64,000 nt of DNA. It comes from Lingula anatina. Lineage: Eukaryota; Animalia; Brachiopoda. Made by a program: the position numbers and the translations under genes. Numbering within the stretch: position 1 is the first letter of the stretch; every line of letters starts with the position of its first letter. This document shows, piece after piece, positions 59,301 to 64,000 of this stretch. The stretch spans positions 7,812,001 to 7,876,000 of the forward strand of contig CM120640.1 in assembly GCA_051362555.1 (NCBI GenBank), given 5' to 3'. The notes under the pieces were generated by a model. The model was given only the letters and a program-made list of their open reading frames with translations, had not been told where the DNA came from and searched no databases.

Positions 59301-62300
59301 TGACGCCAACTATTCTACTCCTATTCTTTTTACCCCCCGCCAGGTAGGTTTTGCTTTCACCCACGTTTGTCTGTTTGATTGTTCATTACCAGCCTAACTC
59401 AAAAAGTTATGGATTGATTTTGATGAAATTTTCAGGATATGACACAAATGACACAAACTTGAAAGTGATTAAATTTTGGTGGTATTCCCTATCGCCATCA
59501 ATTTTTCTTGTTGTCGTTACCATCTGTTTTTCATTTTTGATTTTTTTAGATAATGAGAGCAAACTACGACATGGACACACAGGTAAACCAAACGTTAAAG
59601 CCAGAGATAGTGGCCAGACGTATTCGGTTCGTTGTAAAGGAGTGGCACCAGAAAATAGCCATGAGGTTTGAAATATATACTCGCGGTGAGAAATCATCTA
59701 TAATTTATTTTTAGTAAAAAGTCGTCGTTGACCTTGCTTAATTTGACATAGGAAATCATTGTAATGGTCGTAGGCATTGAAGAAACCCGACAAAAAAGTA
59801 CGCAAACTATTATCGGTATCTTCATGTTGATTTTTGAGAAATGAGGAACTGGTATACAAAAAGTGAAAGAAATAATAATAAGATATTTGTTTATTCATCT
59901 ATGAATGAATAATGAATAACCCCGTCTTTGGGTTCATAGCTAAATTAATAAATGAATGGGTGATGAACAAATGAGTGAATTAATTAATAAATGAATATTA
60001 TAACATTCAGCAAGTTTCGTTTCATCAATTAATCCTACTCTCAATTCTTGACCTTTACGTTTCAGACCCCTTTGAGCCGTATCAGTACTTTCAAATTTTC
60101 GGAACACATTGGACATGTGCTTTAAAACGGAGAAATGGCCAGTCAGTGATAGCAGTGACGTCTTACAAGATAGATGGCTCGAACACCGGAATGTACAAAG
60201 GCAAAGTCAACGTCTTTGCTTGGAGTACAGTCCATCAAGCTTATCTTGGGGTTGGAGCAGCACCGGTAGGATATTAATTTCACCAGACTGCCACATTCAA
60301 CACCGAATCAAAATATATGAAATATTGACAATTTGTATATATAGTAGACGAATGCACACTAAAACTGCGATGCATATGTTTTCTTCATCTATACAAATGT
60401 ATGAATAAACAAGTCTATATGGGTTGTTTTTCCGTTATTTTAAGGATTTTATTAAATTTATATTTGCGACTGCAAAGTTTTTTAGGGGTGGGGTGGGGGT
60501 ATCCAAAACATCTGCTGGAAAGAATTATTTTGTAAATTGCGATAATTACGATAAAATTTATATGTACAGATATAGAAAAATGTATTCGTTATTGTTTTTT
60601 GCTACATAACATGCCCAAGTTGTCGACAGAATGGTACCATAAATGTCATAATTGGCCAATTTATTAATTTTGTTATTTGATTATATGTCTAAGGTACCAC
60701 GTGGGTTTCGCTGCGACCTCAGTGAAGTCAGCGAAAGTGTGCTACTTAGTGTCGCTAGTGACTCTCATAAATGTTGCCATAGTTACCAAACTGGAAAGAC
60801 CCGCATCTTCAAATTGGACAATGCTTCTTTCAATTTCAGCTCAGGTTAGTGACATCTCTTTTTAAAAATACATGTCTAACGACTATGTAGCATATACTGT
60901 ATACTGCCGAGGGAGATGCCAATTTTTGGAAGTAACATTGGTTTCCTGAGTAATGAGATGTATTACAATGAAACCATGGGATATCAAAACAAATTCACAC
61001 CTAACGCATTTTAGAAATTTTTTTTTACAGTTCAAGCATTAGGTTCTGGTGTTTCTGGTGGTGGGACAATGAACACAGAATCTAAACATATCATCATCAA
61101 CATGGACTACACCTTTCCAGAAGACGGTACGCTAACAATAGTCCTGTGTCGATACAGTATATGATAACGAGAAATATATTGACAGTAATATGTGTTTGTT
61201 TTCAGTTCGCATCAAATCTTAAGGAGTAAATTCCTCAGATTCAAACCCTTGGTGTTTTCGCAATTTTGTGCATATTGATAATTTGCCTAGTAGCCAGAGG
61301 CTTAGTCTCAATAATGGAATAATGATATATAGTAATTCTAAGATGCCATAAGGAACATTTGTATTTAAAATATTATCAAGAAGGGTATCCCATTCAAATA
61401 TATCATTTTGTATTTTTATGAAGGTGAGATCATAGGCTGGGAGTTCTACTCCGAAGTAAGTGATAAAGAATTGAGATTCCAAGTGTGGCGAGCGGAATCC
61501 TTGACGACAACCTCTGGCTCCTTCAAACTAGTTGCACAAAACATTTACGTGCACAACTTTATCGGTCGCCAAGTTGTAAGTGCAAAATTTGCTGATATGT
61601 TTTGATATGTTTCGGTTGACTTTTCGTAAGCCAGTAATTATCACATCATGTTAAGTTATTCCTTCCTTACTGGCCTATGTTTGGGGAAAAAGTTGGTCCA
61701 TTTCTGAATAAAATTTAAATAACTTAAATACGGTTGATACACTAATTGATCCTTCCCCTCCTTCCCTTCCGTAAATATTTGGTGGTTAACACACCCAACT
61801 TAGGAATACTCAAAAATGTCTCTATGAAATTTCACTTTACCTATTTTAATGCTATGATGTTTGGCACATAATAGTTATGACTCAATTACTGTACTTTTGC
61901 TATAATGACCGAATGACACTCAATCTACAAAAAAATCATTCAGGTCAAAAACGCAATGTATTGTCACCCACCTCGGTTTAAGAACACAAGCCAATGTCGT
62001 TGACAGAAAACGTTTCATTTTAGATGCCCATTAACATAGACGAACGCCTTCAAGTCATGCGCGGAGACTACTTTGGCTTTACGTGGCCCAATGGGAATGC
62101 CATACCGTACACAATGACTGGAAGTGAAAACGTGTGTGGCCTCTCGGGAACAGCGCCAGCTGTAGGAAACACGTATTCTTTAACTTGTGATTTTGGTACA
62201 AGAAAATATCCTCTCCGCGCAATTTGGAGGCCATTTGGTGGTAAGTATATATCTCCTGACCTGTTCAAATCAACTAATTATCTAACTAATTAGGAAAAAA

Positions 62301-64000
62301 GATTGATATACTGTCAGCAATACAGAGGTATATCTTTTAAGAATACGATGAGCTGGAACATTGACGAAGTTAAATTGTTGAATTTAGTATACCGCATCGA
62401 ATAAATATAGAATAAAACCACTCGAATAAATATCAAATAAAACTACTTTCTAAAAGCAACGGCCTCTATAGAGGAAAGGGTGTACTTTATAACTTGTACA
62501 CTGTAGCGAGAATGCCTAAAAATATCAACAATGTTTAATTACATAACAATGAAATTAAATATAATTTCCATCTGCTATTAAGTTTTAACTATGCAACTAG
62601 TAACCAGATGTGAAAAAAAAAAAATCGAAAGTAGCTTGTGCATACGCTTTAATGGAAAAACATAACTGTTCTCTCTCTACAGGTGACTTTAGCACCACCC
62701 AGCCTGTGTGCGATGGCGATACCGTCTCCATTACCTGTCCAGAGGGAACATGGATTCAAGTTAAAGACTCGTTCTACGGGAAAACAGACCCAAGAATCTG
62801 TGTTGGCGGTAACGCCAATAGCACAACATGTGAGGACCCAGACTCTCTGGCATATGTTCAAGGCTACTGCGAGGGCAAACCGACCTGTTCCGTGCCTGTG
62901 GCCTCCAATGTCGACCCCTGTCTGTACGTCCGGAAGTACCTTACAGTCACTTACAGATGCATAAGTAGGTTCAAAGTATAGAGAGGGAGGCATTAGCTTA
63001 CAGGCGTCATGTAATGGGTTTTGGTAGCGTTTTCCTAACGTTTACGTATTATCAACGACGTCGTATTTCGGCGTTTAATTTATCTGTCTAGATAAACTTT
63101 TAAAATTCGAATAATTGTTCCATAAAAAGTGTTAAGTGGGATAATCGTGAATTTACGTACGTTTTGATCACCATGCAATCACTGGACATTGTAAAATTAA
63201 CGAACAACTAGTTCTGCGACAAAATTTTGACGCTGCGTTAAAAATAAAAGAAATAGCACGTATACAGCGTGTTCCGTTCATGTGCTTTTAAAGATGAGGA
63301 CCGGGCACTGGGAATGCAAAGTGGTGCCATTTCCGATAGCTCAATCACTGCCAGTAGCACCAGTGCAGCATGTGACCCAGTCTGGGGTAGACTACATCAC
63401 AACCCTGGCGGAGGGGAGGCGTGGTGTGCACAGTCTAATACTGCCAACGAATACATTCAGGTCGACCTTGGCACAACACGCATGGTTACAAGGATTGACA
63501 CTTTGGTAATTTCTCTTACTGTCATATATATAACTATATATATCTTTTCGATATATCCTTTTTTATTTTATCATTATTATTTGTCGTTATATGAATTTGT
63601 CGTGTCAGTAAAAGCATTGATTCACCAAGTGAAAAAGAATGTGTTCTTACAACATGTAGCCTATTTGTACAGGGGATTTCCGAGTTTAGAAAATGATATA
63701 GAGTTAGTCAGTAAGTACTAAAAAAGTGGATGATGGAAAATACACAAAAAGTTAATGAGTGGTTCTTTAAATTAAATGCGTATAGTCTGTCTTTGTTATA
63801 TTCATATTTGCTGTAACCGTGCTAATTACATAAGAAAGTTATGAAAGAATGTTTCCACCACTGATTTGGTCAAAAAGCATACATGCATTAATGATGTCAC
63901 ACTTGTATTTCTATAACAGGGACGAAGCAATACGGAATACGTGACAGGATACAACGTGAACATATCAGAGGATGGAAGCAGCTTTACCTGTGTGATGTCA
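53399..64000 (+). CDS. Secreted/extracellular mosaic protein, 3'-truncated: signal peptide, PAN/Apple, EGF-like, EAR(EPTP)-like repeats, F5/8 type C, EAR-like repeats, unnamed domain, SUEL lectin, F5/8 type C
   Basis: Phase-compatible exons 53399-53743, 56188-56323, 56858-56963, 57340-57584, 57853-58049, 58324-58437, 59550-59685, 60066-60265, 60694-60844, 61031-61126, 61424-61575, 62024-62240, 62683-62964, 63294-63505, 63920->64000 give one open frame. N-terminus MLFSKVLFFLGFFLLIVNTEA is hydrophobic. PAN pattern CSFKC...CRYYTY....CTLY is present. Confidence 0.85.
55686..55817. mobile_element. Small MITE-like inverted repeat
   Basis: TACCCTCTACCAGGGTGGCAGAT / ATCTGTCGCCCTGGTAGAGGGTA (21 of 23 match). 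Confidence 0.6.
57853..59685 (+). CDS. F5/8 type C (discoidin) domain 1, over three exons
   Basis: AWCS...QYLQVDLG...VTKVATKGR...QWVTKYQL...IVARRIRFVVKEWHQKIAMRFEIY. Confidence 0.88.
59327..59490 (+). mobile_element. Short HINE-like fragment
   Basis: TTTTTACCCCCCGCCAGG...GTTTGTCTGTTTG...AACTCAAAAAGTTATGGATTGATTTTGATGAAATTTTCAGG resembles the core of these elements. Confidence 0.45.
62683..62964 (+). CDS. SUEL-type (rhamnose/galactose-binding) lectin domain exon
   Basis: VCDG...ITCP...FYGK...C...C...YCEGKPTCSVPVASNVDPCLYVRKYLTVTYRC. Confidence 0.88.
   Translation: MTLAPPSLCAMAIPSPLPVQREHGFKLKTRSTGKQTQESVLAVTPIAQHVRTQTLWHMFKATARANRPVPCLWPPMSTPVCTSGSTLQSLTDA
63294..64000 (+). CDS. F5/8 type C domain 2 (partial, runs off the window)
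   Basis: ALGMQSGAISDSSITASS...AWCA...EYIQVDLG...DTL|GRSNTEYVTGYNVNISEDG. Confidence 0.88.

Overview
AT-rich, intron-rich animal genomic DNA, probably from a marine invertebrate (lophotrochozoan-like, by inference); no prokaryotic operons, CRISPR arrays or RNA genes were seen. About 51 kb is one minus-strand SERCA (P2A Ca2+-ATPase) gene that I reconstructed exon by exon: a 3063-nt CDS (1020 aa) whose exon sizes largely match vertebrate ATP2A genes as I recall them. The main discovery is that the gene carries three tandemly duplicated, equal-length, same-phase exon pairs that look mutually exclusive. They encode M4 (PEGLP/E309; 94 nt x2), M7 (86 nt x2) and the luminal L7-8 loop plus M8 (C876/C888/E908; 134 nt x2). 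There is also a b-type/a-type alternative C-terminus, and candidate competing RNA pairings flank the M8 pair. The introns hold Helentron/HINE-type elements (one with a 146-bp array in a 4-mer higher-order repeat), a piggyBac-like long-TIR element enclosing a decayed Tc1 transposase, and palindromic MITEs. Divergent from SERCA, from 53.4 kb to the window end, is a secreted mosaic protein gene (signal peptide, PAN, EGF-like, EAR-like, F5/8C, EAR-like, unnamed domain, SUEL, F5/8C). All coordinates were read by eye and none of the splicing is transcript-confirmed.
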